Positions 1 through 13,381 of a DNA stretch of 64,000 nt are shown here, piece by piece. This DNA is from Octopus vulgaris (lineage: Eukaryota). Both the position numbers and the translations under genes were made by a program. Under the pieces are notes generated by a model, which did no database searches, had not been told where the DNA came from, and worked only from the letters and a program-made list of their open reading frames with translations. The DNA lies in the NCBI GenBank assembly GCA_951406725.2, contig OX597815.1:60512001-60576000 (forward strand), read 5' to 3'. The number at the start of each line of letters is the position of its first letter. The stretch's first letter is position 1.

Positions 1-1287
<1,287 letters not shown>

Positions 1288-2382
1288 TACGTATTTATAT
1301 ATAAGTTCATTTGGAATGATCCCGACATATATAGCCTATATCCTCTTTATAAAGAGCGTTCGGCTTCTTTATATGAACAACATTCGCGTGCATCGAGTAA
1401 CTTGTATGGATCACAACTCAACTGAATGGGGATATGAGAAGCTTTTCTCTTTCTTGTTCCCATTCTCATCCTATATCTCTCCCTGTCTCCGACTTATCCC
1501 TTTGTGTTTCCTTTCATATCTTCCTTTGTCACACACTTTATACATGTATATAGGCTTGCGAACATGCATTTTATGGACGGTTTAGTACGTACACATAAAT
1601 ATCAAATTATGCTTTATATGTTTATTTTAATATATATTATAATTTTCTATCGAATGAAAAATAGCAAAAAATATCAACATCAACAGCAGCGGCAGCTGTA
1701 GAACCACGACGCCACCACCAACAATAACAACAACAACCACTAAAACCACTTTTAATGTAGTTAGATGTATGATAATAACAGTGTTCTTATTTAGATATGG
1801 TATAATAGGTGTATAGATAGAAAACAACAGTGTAGTTAGAGATGTGTGAGTATAACAGTGTAGTTAGATGAGTGATAATTGCATGTGTAGTTGAATGTAT
1901 GAGAATAACGGTGTAGTTAAATGTGTGAGAATAACAGTGTAGTTAGATGATAACTGATAGTAGTAGTGTACTTATTTATTTGAGAATAAATGTTGTTAGA
2001 TGTGTGAGAATAATAGTGTAGATAGATGTGTGATAATAACAGTGTATATAGATATGTGAGAATGTCAGTCTATTTAGATGTGCGACAATAAATGAGTAGT
2101 TAGAGTAGCGAGTTTAAGAGTGGAGTTAGATATGTGAGAATAACAATGTAGTTAACTGTGTAAAAATAACAGTGTAATTAGATACGGGCAATTAAGAGTG
2201 TAGTGAAATATATGATAATAACAGCGTAGTTAGATGTTTGATAATAACGGTGTAGTTACATATATGAGAAACACTGTAGTGAAATATGTGAGAATAACAG
2301 TGTAATTATTTGTGTAGAAATAAAAGTGCATTTAGAGATGTTACTATAACAGTATTGATAGATGTGTTACTATGACAATGTA

Positions 2383-3660
2383 TCAGATTGTTCTGATACA
2401 TTGTCTATAAGTTCTGTCCAAATTTTGAATAAAGAAAACAAGTGATCAAATGTTATATTTAATTGAAATTTAATCATCAATGTGCTTTCCTTGATTATTT
2501 ATGACTTCCTTTCACCTATTTACAAGCTTTTTAATCCCATCAATGTAAAACTCTTTTGGTTTCAAAGCGAAGAACTCTGTAATGTCAGTTTCGACCTCCT
2601 CCTGGCTTGCGAGAGTTATGTCCCCCAAATGATTCTGTAAAGCACGAAACAAATGGTAGTCTGAAGGAGCAAGGTCGGGAGAATAAGGTAGATGAGAAAT
2701 TTTTTCCCAACCAAGCTCTTCGATCTTCTGTGATGTGATTTTTTCAGCGTGGGGTCGCGCATTGTCCTGATGAAACATCACTCCTCGATTCACTAAAGCG
2801 GGTTTTTTTCTTCAAAGCTTGGTTCAAACGCTCTAATTGCTGACAGTAGACATTAGCATTAGTTGTTGCATTAGGTAGTAACAATTCAAAGTGAATTACT
2901 CCTTTGCAATCCCACCATATAGAGAGAAGAACCATTTTCCCATGAAGTTCCCTTTTCGGTTGCGGTTGAGCTTTTTCCCTTTTATCAAGCCATTGTTTAC
3001 GACGTTTAACATTTCGATAGAAGATCCATTTTTAGTCACCAGTCACAAGTCTATCCAAAAAGGGTGAAATGACTTCGCCAGACTGGAGAGAAGAGCAGAT
3101 GTCAACTCGGGATTTGCTGTTGCTTTTGGACAATTCATGAGGCATCCATTTTCCAAGTTTAGGAACTTTTCCAAGTTGTTGAAGATGACGATGAACAGTT
3201 GTATGGTTTGACCTAAGCTTTATTGCCAATTCTTCAACTGATAATGCAGGATTTTCTTCAAGTAATGCCTCAAGGAGCTTATCATCAAATTCAACTGGAC
3301 GTCTTGTTCGATCTTCATCGAAATCTCCACTTCTGAATTTTGCAAATCATTTTCTGCAAATTCTTTCATTCAAGCATTATTTCCCATAAACTGAGTGTAT
3401 GTTTTGAATCGTTTCGGCTGCAGAGTTTCCTGTTTTGTACTCATAAAGCATTATGTGCCTTAAATGCTCTTTGGATGCTTCCATGTTAGAAAATGTTTTA
3501 ATCAAAGAAATTTTATTATTCTGTAAAATAATATTTAATTAGTTTAAATGTACACAAATGCATAAAAATAATTTTTAATTCCATTAGACATTCTAAAATA
3601 TTAAATTTCATTCAATTTTAAAAAATGGTAAAATCGGACAGAACTTATGGGATGACATGA
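2383..3660 (-). mobile_element. Degenerate mariner (DD34D) transposon
   Basis: Frameshifted ORF pieces show WMPHEL, LVTGD, FHQDNARPH and YSPDLAPSDYHLF. TIR core ataagttctgtcc (left) / ggacagaacttat (right); TA at 2381-82 and 3661-62. Confidence 0.92.
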
Positions 3661-4119
3661 TAGTTAGATATATAAGAATAACAGCGGATTTAGATGTTTG
3701 AGAATATCAGTGTAGGTAGATATGTGCAAATAACAGTGTAGTTAGATCTGTGATGAAAACAGGGTAGTTACATATTGAGGTGTGAAAATACCAATGTAGT
3801 TAAATATGCCAGATTAAGAGTGTAGTGAGATATGTGAGAATAACTGGGTAGTTAGATATGCGAGATTAAGTGCGTAGTTAGATATGTGAGAATACAGTGT
3901 CGTTAGATGTATGATAATAACAGTCTAGTTAGATATGTGAGAATTATAGTGAGAATTATATATAAGAACATTGTGGTTAGATATTTGATAATAACCGCGT
4001 AGTTAGATATGTGCTATTACCAGTGCAGTTAGATGTATGAGAATCACAGTGTAGTTAGAAATGTGATCATAACAGTATTGTTAGATATGTTAGAATAAAA
4101 GTTTAGTTAGGTATATATA

Positions 4120-5060
4120 TAGAGAATACCAAACGAGTTCCCTATGGATACCGTATTTATTACAACGAGTGGCTTGTAAACGTATCTAACGAGCGAAAGC
4201 GAGTTAGATACGTTTACAAGCCACGAGTTGTAATAAATACGGTATCCATAGGGAATGAGTTTGGTATTTTATTTATTACACACGAATAAACGACCATATT
4301 TTATTAACCCAATAACTAAATTCTTCACATCGTGTTGAAGCGCGCATGAATACAGCTTGATTTCACGTCAGTGACGTCACAATGTATAACTGTAAAAGAT
4401 GTCATGCCGCAGGAAGATAGTCCGACTTTATAGCGCTAAGTTTTCAGGTGAAATGACTGATAACTGATGACTGTTTAACATTTTGTTAACATTCAAGTTC
4501 ACGTTCAAGAAATACATAACACATATTGAATCTTCAATAACTTTAATAATACTCATGTCGAACTTGGCCAGTATTGATCTTCACTTTGAACATTCTGTAT
4601 GTTCCAAGAGGTTGAACAACGGATAACACTCTTCCCCCATATTTACCATCAATCTTAACAAAATCATTCACCTTGATATCGACAACAGTAGCCATCTTGT
4701 TGATAGATCTACCTGCACTGCAAGAGTATCGACGAGCAGACGAAATATTTTGTGATTTTTTTGGCAACAAAAAATTTAATTACCACCAGAAATGTTTATA
4801 TTTTATGTGTATATGACTTTAAGTGATATCTGGTATAAAAAAGATAGTATGTGTGTTTAATTACATGGCTACATTCTACCTGCTCGTGAAAGTAATGAAT
4901 GAAGTTTAGTTGTAACTTATGAATGACAAAAGTAGTGCCGTCACCGTGACCTCGGGTTATCACCATGGATTGAACAATCAGAAGCAGCGCTCGCAGTATC
5001 TGACATATGTTAGATACCAAAAATATCTCAAAGTGTTCTCACTCACATGTGTGTGATAAA
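4120..5060. mobile_element. Non-autonomous Crypton-like DNA element with a terminal hairpin
   Basis: Non-satellite insert between TA-rich flanks. Hairpin at 4125-4268; inverted pair tttattacacac (4272) / gtgtgtgataaa (5049); TGACGTCA at 4372; truncated non-repetitive ORF. The family assignment is inference. Confidence 0.55.
4543..4695 (-). pseudogene. Truncated N-terminal fragment (MATVVDIKVNDFVKIDGKYGGRVLSV...) of the element's protein
   Basis: Complex, beta-rich-looking peptide after a Kozak-like aagATGG. From memory it resembles N-termini of mollusc Crypton/DUF3504 proteins; unverified. Confidence 0.35.
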
Positions 5061-5281
5061 TATAGATATATAGATAGACATATAGATATAAGTATAGATA
5101 GGTAAATAGATAGATATATAGATAGGTATATAGATATAAGTGTTTTGTTAGATGTGTGAAAATATCAGTATAGTTAGATATGTGAGAATAACAATGTTGT
5201 TAGATGGATGAAAAAAAGAGTTTAGTTAGTTATTACACACATGTGAGTGAGAACACTTTGAGATATTTTTGGTATCTAACA

Positions 5282-5338
<57 letters not shown>

Positions 5339-5345
5339 CATCATC

Positions 5346-5430
<85 letters not shown>

Positions 5431-5435
<5 letters not shown>

Positions 5436-5659
5436 TAGTTTTATTTTTATAGCGTGCTTTCACTTCACTACCGAGCGCAGCTCTGTGTGCCTTAGGTATG
5501 TGCTGTGATTTGTTGTGATGCTCTGATGGTTATTGTATGGAAAGTGTTCTGCGTAGGATGTGTGCAGTGCCTAGTAGTGCAATTTTCTGTATGTTATATG
5601 TGTTTGTAAGTCCTGGTGTTTTTGTTATGTATTTGTCTGAATATTTTTTATCATGCCTA

Positions 5660-5660
<1 letters not shown>
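5431..5660 (-). mobile_element. R4/Dong-like LINE 3' fragment (family A) between (ATT)n tracts
   Basis: Encodes KYITKTPGLTNTYNIQKIALLGTAHILRRTLSIQ; near-identical to 49645-49875. Confidence 0.88.
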
Positions 5661-5731
<71 letters not shown>

Positions 5732-5735
5732 TTTA

Positions 5736-5822
<87 letters not shown>

Positions 5823-7258
5823 GATGTGTGAGCATAAGAGTGCAGTTAGGTGTGTAATATTAGCATATGTGGCTAGATTTATGAGAGCAATAGTGAAATA
5901 ACAGCGTAGTTAGATATGTGAGAGTAGCAGTGTAGTTAGATATTTGACATGATAATCACTGTTTACTTTGATGTGTTATAATAACTGCAGTTTGATATAT
6001 GATAATAACAGTCAAATTAGATATGTGAGAATAACAGTGTAACTCAATATGAGATAATAACAGTGTACAAAAATGTGTGTTAATAACAGTGTAGTTAGAT
6101 ATGTGAGACTAACATTGTAGTTAGATGTATAATAATGACAGTGTACTTAGTTGTGAGAGTAAAGGTGCAGTGAGACATGTATGAATAACAGTGTAGTTAG
6201 CTATGTGAGAATAACATTGTACTGAGATATATGAGAATAACAGTGTAGTTTAATGTGCAGGAATAGCAGTTTACTTAGATATATGAGAAGAACAGTGTAT
6301 TTGGTTGGGTGATAATAACAGTGTAGTGAGGTGTGTGATAATACCATTGTTGTTAGATATGTTTGAATTACTGTGTAGTTAGATATATAAGAATAACAGT
6401 GTAGTTAGATGCGTGAGTTAGATGACTGAGTTATGTGTAGCTAGATGTGTGAGAATAACAGTATAGTTTGATGTAGCTAACTACACTGTTATTCTCACAT
6501 ATCTAACTACATCGTTATTTTCACACATCTAACTACAAGTTATTCTCACATATCGAAGTACACAATTAATCTTGTATATCTAACTACACTCTTATTATCA
6601 CACATATAACTAGACTGTTATTCTCACATATGTATTTAAACTCATATTCTCTCATTTCTAACTACACTGTCAGAATAACAGTGTAGTTAGATGTATGGTA
6701 ATAACTTTGTAGTTAGATATTTTAATAACAGTGTAATTAGATAGATTAGGATAGACTAGTTACATGTGTGAGAATAATAGTGTAGATAGATATATCATAA
6801 CAACGGTGTAGTTAGTTATGTGAGAATAACAACTTAGATATTTGATGTGATAATTACGTCTTAGTTAGATGTGTGATGAATGCAGTGCAGTTAGATATGT
6901 GATTATAACTGTTAATTAGATTTGTGGGAATAATGGTGTAGCTAGATATGTGACAGAGTAGATAGATGTGTGATAATAAGGGTGTAGTTAGATATGTGAG
7001 AATAACAGTGTATTTGGATGTGTGATGATAACAGTGCAGTTCGATATGTGAACTGTAGTTAGTCGTGTAATAATAACAATGTACTTAGATGTGTAAGATT
7101 AACATTATCGTTAGATATGTAAGAATAACAACTTAGATAAATGAGAATAACTGTATTTGGATGTGTGATAATAACAGTATAGATAGATATGTGAGAATAA
7201 TAGTGCAGTTAGCTATGTGAGTATAACAGTGCAGTTAGATGTGTGATAACAGCAGCGT

Positions 7259-7584
7259 GTGAGGGCGCGTGGCTTAGTGGTTAGGGCATTCGGCTCATGA
7301 TCGTAAGGTTGTGAGTTCGATTCCCGGCGACGCGTTGTGTCCTTGAGCAAGACACTTTATTTCACGTTGCTCCAGTCCACTCAGCTGGCAAAAATGAGTT
7401 GTACTTGTATTTCAAAGGGTCAGCCTTGTCACTCTCTGTGTCACGCTGATTATCCCCGAGAACTACGTTAAGGGTACACGTGTCTGTGGAATGCTCAGCC
7501 ATTTGCACGTTAATTTCACGAGCAAGCTGTTCCGTTGATCGTATCAGCTGGGACCCTCGTCGTCGTAACCGGCGGAGTCTTTTG
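7259..7584 (+). mobile_element. tRNA-derived SINE with Meta-type central domain and an 11-bp TSD
   Basis: A box tggcttagtgg, B box gagttcgattcc, core gtgtccttgagcaagacactt. TSD aacagcagcgt at 7248-7258 and 7585-7595. Confidence 0.9.
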
Positions 7585-9234
7585 AACAGCAGCGTAGTTA
7601 GATGGGTGAGAACAACAATTTAATTGGATGTATGAGAATGAAAGTGTAGTGAGATATGTGATAACGGCGGTGTAGTTAGATATAAGAAAATAAGAATGTA
7701 GTTAGGTTTGTGAAAATAATAGTGTCTTTACATACGTGAGAATAACAGTGTAGTGGGACATGTGATAGTAACAATGTTGTTAGACATGTTATAACAATAA
7801 TGTAGTTAGATGTGTGATAATAACAGTGTAGTTAGATATTTAACAATAACATTCTAGTTAGATATATGACAAAAGAGTAAAAACAATAGAGTTGTTAGCT
7901 ATGTGGGAATAACAGTGTAGTTAGTTATGTGGAAATAAAGTGTTCTTAGATAAGTTAGAATAACAGTGTAGTTAGATATGTGTGTATATGTGTAGTTAGA
8001 TGTGAGGGAATAACTGCGACGTCAGGTGTATCAGAATAACGTTCTTACATATGTGAGAATAACAGTGTTGTTAGATGTGCGAGATTAAGTGTGTAGTTAG
8101 GTATGTGAGAAAAACAGCACAGTTCGATGTGTCATAACAACAGTGTAGTTAGATATATGAGAATAACAGTGAGGTTAGATGTGTATGAATAACACTGAAG
8201 TTAGATATGTGTGAATAATAGAGTAGTTGGATGTGTGATAATAACAGTGTAGCTATATGTGTGATAATGACAATGTTGTTAGATATATGATAATAACAGT
8301 GTAGTTAGATATGTGTGAGTAACACTGTACTTTGATATGTGATAATAACAGTGCAGTTATGTGTGAATAATAGTGTAGTTAAATGTGTGAGAAGAACAGT
8401 GTAGTTATATATGTGAGAATAACAGTGTAATTAGTTTAACTCTGTAGTTAGATGTGTGAGAATAAAAGTGTATCTATATGTGTGATAATGACAATGTAGA
8501 TATATATGTGAGCATAACAGTGTAGTTCAATGAGTGACGATAAAAGTGTAGTTAGATATGAGATAAGAGCATTGTGTGAAGTGAGAAGAAAATTGTATTT
8601 CTATGCGTGTCTTTTTGATTGCATATAAGTGCAGAAGTGTCCATATGTCTGTATAATTATATGCATGTATCTGTGAGTACTGCCGTGCATGCACAAGTCT
8701 TTGCCTTCTGTTGTGCCACTTTGAGATTGTGGTGTAAATCTGTGTTGGTGAATGTTTGTGTGTGCGCTTGTGTGCATAAGTGTGTGTATATTTGTTGTGT
8801 GAATTTGTGCCTGTGATTTAGTGTGTGCATGTGTGATTTGGGAATATGAGACAAAACAATGTTGACCACGACGACGACAACAAATCAAAAAAATATAAAG
8901 TAACCGGAAACGTAACGAAGAACAAAACAAACGGAAATCCGTATGGTAGCTGCAGATAACAGCAGCAGCAGCAGTTAAAGGCTTTTGTTGCACCTGCAGG
9001 TGGTGGCTACGGAGGTGGTGGTAGTGATAGTAGTGACAATGATGGTAGTAAGAGGGAATAGTTGTGGTGGGGTTATGTTTTATAGTAGTACTAAGAAAGG
9101 TGTGACACAAGCAGCAGCACCAACAGCAGCAGTGGCAGCAGCAGGAGTCGTAGTCATAGTGGTGATAGTAATCATGTTGATGGCGGAGTCGATCTTATGC
9201 AATATTACTGCCAAGAAAGGCTTAGCGGTTTTAC

Positions 9235-9302
<68 letters not shown>

Positions 9303-11744
9303 TAGTAGTAGTAATTTTTGTTGTTGCTGTTGTTTATGGTGGCGATAATGGTACAGTGTTGATTCTAGGATGGTATTTGGTTGTGGTGGTTGTGCTGTAG
9401 AATTTTTTTTGTTTTGCTTGTGTGCGTTGTACTTCTGAGATACGATAGAGATGTAGGCGATGATAGCGCCGCCGTAGTAGAGTTCTTTTTTTATGTTGTT
9501 GTTGTCGTTGCTTTGGTTGTGTTAGTGGAAGTGGAGTGGGCTGGAGCCAGATCTGCAGTCGGTGTTGGCAGTGGCGGAGGGGTGTTGTGGTAAGGTATAA
9601 AAAAAATAGAATAACAACAGTTATGTCTAGAGCTCCCTCTCTTTTCCTCTTTCTCACTCTGTGCATGTATGTGTGTTTTCCCATTTTCCCGCTATTTCAT
9701 GATGGCAGAATGATATTTTTATTTTATCTTTTTCAAGATTTTCGCCTGAAAAACCACCAGCAAGAGATTTCTCTTCTGGCAGAACCAACCAAGTCAGAAA
9801 TGGCCAAATAATTAAAAAGATATAAATACAAGAAGCAACAAAACAAGGCGAAAGTATTTGCCCTCGGCAACTCGCAATGGACTAACGAGCCAAACAATGA
9901 ACATCTGTGGGGTAAGAAATCATGTCAGCAATAACAGCAAGAAGTTAAAACTACTTGGTTCTGGGTTCGATCTTACTATGCACCACTTTGAACAAGTGTT
10001 TTTTTTCGACTTTTTTTTATATAGTTATTTTGGATTGAGCACTCACCAAATGAGGGAAATAGCGAAGGTGGGAACTGTAAAGGATTCTGTCATATAAGCA
10101 TATATATGTGTACATACATACAAATATACACACATACAAAATTACGAGCCCGCAATCTTCTCAGTGTTACTGGAGGCCGATAAACTGATACCTTGTGGTA
10201 TTTCCTCGAAGTTGTCCCTGGCGTCCCCTTGTTCTTCTCACTACCAAAAATGCAAAGAATCCATAACAAGCTCAGTTGGAAACTTATAACTCCAGACACT
10301 ATTATAGTTAACGAATGAATGTGATAAAAATATATAAAATAAAATATATCGTCCGTTAAAACAAGCCATGCTGCATAACGTAGTTTGAAACGGTTGGTCA
10401 CAGCTGGAATGTCTTTGATCTTGAAGTTACAACGCATTTTACTCATAAACTGACCCACCATGATGGCGGTGGGGCGGCACAAGAATAAAACTAGTTTAAA
10501 CGCGTTTCGTCTAGTCATTCACGCACTAACACACGCATGAGTGTGTGTAGGAGGGGGCAAGTGTTTAGGTAATATTCGTTCGTTACTGTAAGATGTAGAA
10601 GCATCGTATAAATTAATTGACGAGTGTTTCGTTTAGCTCGCAGCTACTTTTTCATACATCAATTAAATATTCAAATGATTCAACGGGATTTGTTGTTTTT
10701 CTTGTTATTTTTGCGTTGTTTATTTTTATACTGTTGATTTAATAGAACCATATAAAAACTGGTTTAAAAAATCATTACCATCATCATCATCTTCAAAATC
10801 ATCGCCGTCGTCGTCGTCATCGTCGTCATGATGATCATCGTCATTAACACCAAAAACCCACGAAATTCTTTTCTTGGACACTCTCCACATTGGTTGTAGA
10901 TAAACGGCAGAACACTAGCGATTGAATTGATTATTGCATCCTTCTCCTCCTCTCCTTCTTTCTTCTCTTCCTCTTTCTCCTCCTCTCCTCTTCGACACCA
11001 AATTCTTCTTCCTCCTTACTATCTCTCCTCACACCTCTCTTCCAACCTCTTCTCCCAGTACCCCATTAGTTATAATACCACGAAATCTGTTCACTGACCT
11101 ATCGACCTCTCATATCTATCGATGGGATTGGAAGTGGAGTTTAGCCAATTGACAATGGCTAATACACGGGATCTCTGAGATCGAACTCTTATACTGGCGA
11201 CACACTTAGTATAATAAATTGAACTGAATATATAGCGAAGCACTGGATTATATAACAGAAAGGAAAGCAAGACCGTTTTTGGCATCGCTAGTGTTTGGGT
11301 GCTGTGAACTAGTTGTTAGGGGACAAACCAGCATAAGAAGACATTTCCATTTCGAAGACAGAATAAGCAAAATATATTTGAAAAAAGACGGAAAATCTTT
11401 GGAGAACAAAAACATTTTGATATCAACGAGGCTTTATTAAATACTGAAGTAAACAATCATATCTTTTGTAAACATTCCATGTCTCTTTCTATCTCTTTCT
11501 TCCTTTTCCCGTGTACGTGTGTGTGCGTGTATGTGTATGTGTGTGCGCGCGCGGGAATGTGTATGTGTGTATTCCTGTATTTCTCTCTCTCGTTAAAAGC
11601 ATTAAGATTTAACAGCAGCATATTACACACATATGTATATTGAAAAGGTTTAGAGGTTTTACGTGAGTAAATTTATAGCATTAAAGCAAAAAGAAGAAAA
11701 TGCTTTGAGAAATTTATCATTGATAAAAGTATTTACATTTTTAT

Positions 11745-12485
11745 TAAAATATGCGACCGGTTTTAATCGCTTAAAAAGACGAATTAGTCATTCTGAAATA
11801 ATTCTACATTGATTATAGTGTTTTTCTTTAATATTTGAATGTAACTTATTTCCTCAGTAAAAGCTTTTCTTTGTGGGTCCTTCATATATATACAAGAATA
11901 TAGTTTGGAGTTCTACAATGGAATCATTCAGTTATTTCGGGTAGCATTACAAAGTCTTGCACTGCGTGTTTAAGCTGATGAATTTCACGACTCCAGATTT
12001 TGAGCTTATGTGTTCCACACTAGATCCGATGTTTGTGTTTCACTTATTTGTAATTGAAATTTATCAAGAATAAAAATGTATTTGAATGATTGTAATTTGA
12101 AGACAATGTTTCTTTTTTCTTGTTCAAGCTACTGAACGGCAGTACACTATCTTAAGCTTAGTTGCAAACAAGTTGAAGGTAATGTCATGGTTACAATATG
12201 CTTTCGCCTTTGCAATTCTGCTCCATTTAAACCCAGAGTTATCCTTTCTTCTGTTCTTAAAATGGCAAATGTATTTCTACAACGAAATGGAATTCTCTTT
12301 CTGAACGATTGCCTGTGTCGTAAGTTTCGAGTTTAAATGAGTTTCTTGTGAGCCTGATATGTTTTTTAATCGATTAGGTCAGAATCACCTCTGTACTCCC
12401 GAACCTTCAACAAACATTTACAGTTGATGGAACGATTGGTTATATTTCAACGGTTGCTTTTACATTGGTGTGATTGGAGATATCT
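11745..12485 (-). pseudogene. Highly decayed Penelope-like element (thumb/GIY-YIG relic)
   Basis: Hand-translated fragments SNHTNVKATV, EKRNIVFKLQ and RKAFTEEISYIQILKKNTIIN resemble the PLE C-terminus. They are followed by aaaccggtc, an HHR stem-III-like remnant. Confidence 0.4.
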
Positions 12486-13092
12486 GAAAAGAAAAAAAAA
12501 CTATAGACCACCTTAAAATAATTCCTACTAAAATGTTATGATATTAGTATGATTTGGGAAGAGAAAATATATAAAAGTACTTCTTTGCTATATTTTTGGA
12601 TATTTCTACACACATCTCATTTTCTTATTTTATATTTAGTAGTTCTTGGAGGGAATTGTTAGGCATAATTTAGTTTATCATTCAAACTATTTCGTGTTAG
12701 AGCTCTGTTGTAGAATGGACAAGCTTTATTTAATATTGCGCTATCTCATGATAAATTGGAATTTACTCTTCTATTATTGTCTACAATGTGCTTAATAATT
12801 GAAGATGGATGATTAGAAATTTTTATTAAATTTTATTCTTTCAGTGATCAGCTTATGATGCGGGTGGATTTTACATGTGTTCAGATTAGATTCTAGAAAT
12901 TTACTATTTTCAATTTAGAGTTGTTTGTAATTTTTATATTAAGTTATTTAAACATACTAAATAATGTTTATTAAATCACTGCATATCATGTTTGTTCATA
13001 TTACAGAATACAACAACTCTGCTGCGTCTGTATAATCTTATATTGGCTAATTCTTTTTTATTTCTCTATGCATGACATGTGTGTATGCATGT

Positions 13093-13325
13093 ATTCTTTC
13101 ATTTGTTTCAGTCATTTGACTGCGGCCATGCTGGAACACCGCCTTTAGTCGAACAAATTGACCGCAGGACTTATTCTTTGTAAGCTTAGTACTTATTCTA
13201 TCGGTCACTTTTGCCGAACCGCTAAGTTACGGGGACGTAAACACACCAACATCGGTTGTCAAGCGATGCTGGGGGGACAAACACAGACGCACAAACATAC
13301 AAACACACACACACGCGCGCACACG

Positions 13326-13381
<56 letters not shown>

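Larger units (their letters stand above)
1775..8585 (+). repeat. Degenerate 26-bp tandem minisatellite, consensus ~AATAACAGTGTAGTTAGATATGTGAG, interrupted by several insertions
   Basis: The unit recurs head-to-tail with many substitutions and no unique spacers. Inserts at ~2383, ~4120, ~5230 and ~7259; inverted block at 6477-6670. Confidence 0.92.

Noticed and set aside
7259-7335. tRNA gene
   Set aside because: A/B boxes are present, but the sequence continues into a SINE body with a TSD and lacks a proper acceptor stem.
1775-8585. CRISPR-like periodicity
   Set aside because: Units are contiguous and degenerate with no unique spacers; there are no cas genes and the context is eukaryotic.
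10495-10530. GAAACGCGTT stem-III-like motif on the minus strand
   Set aside because: No upstream CUGANGA or stem I partner found.
12400-12500. Strong minus-strand splice acceptor (ttttttcttttcag) as a host coding exon
   Set aside because: All three frames stop within ~45 nt, and the downstream sequence looks like a PLE relic.
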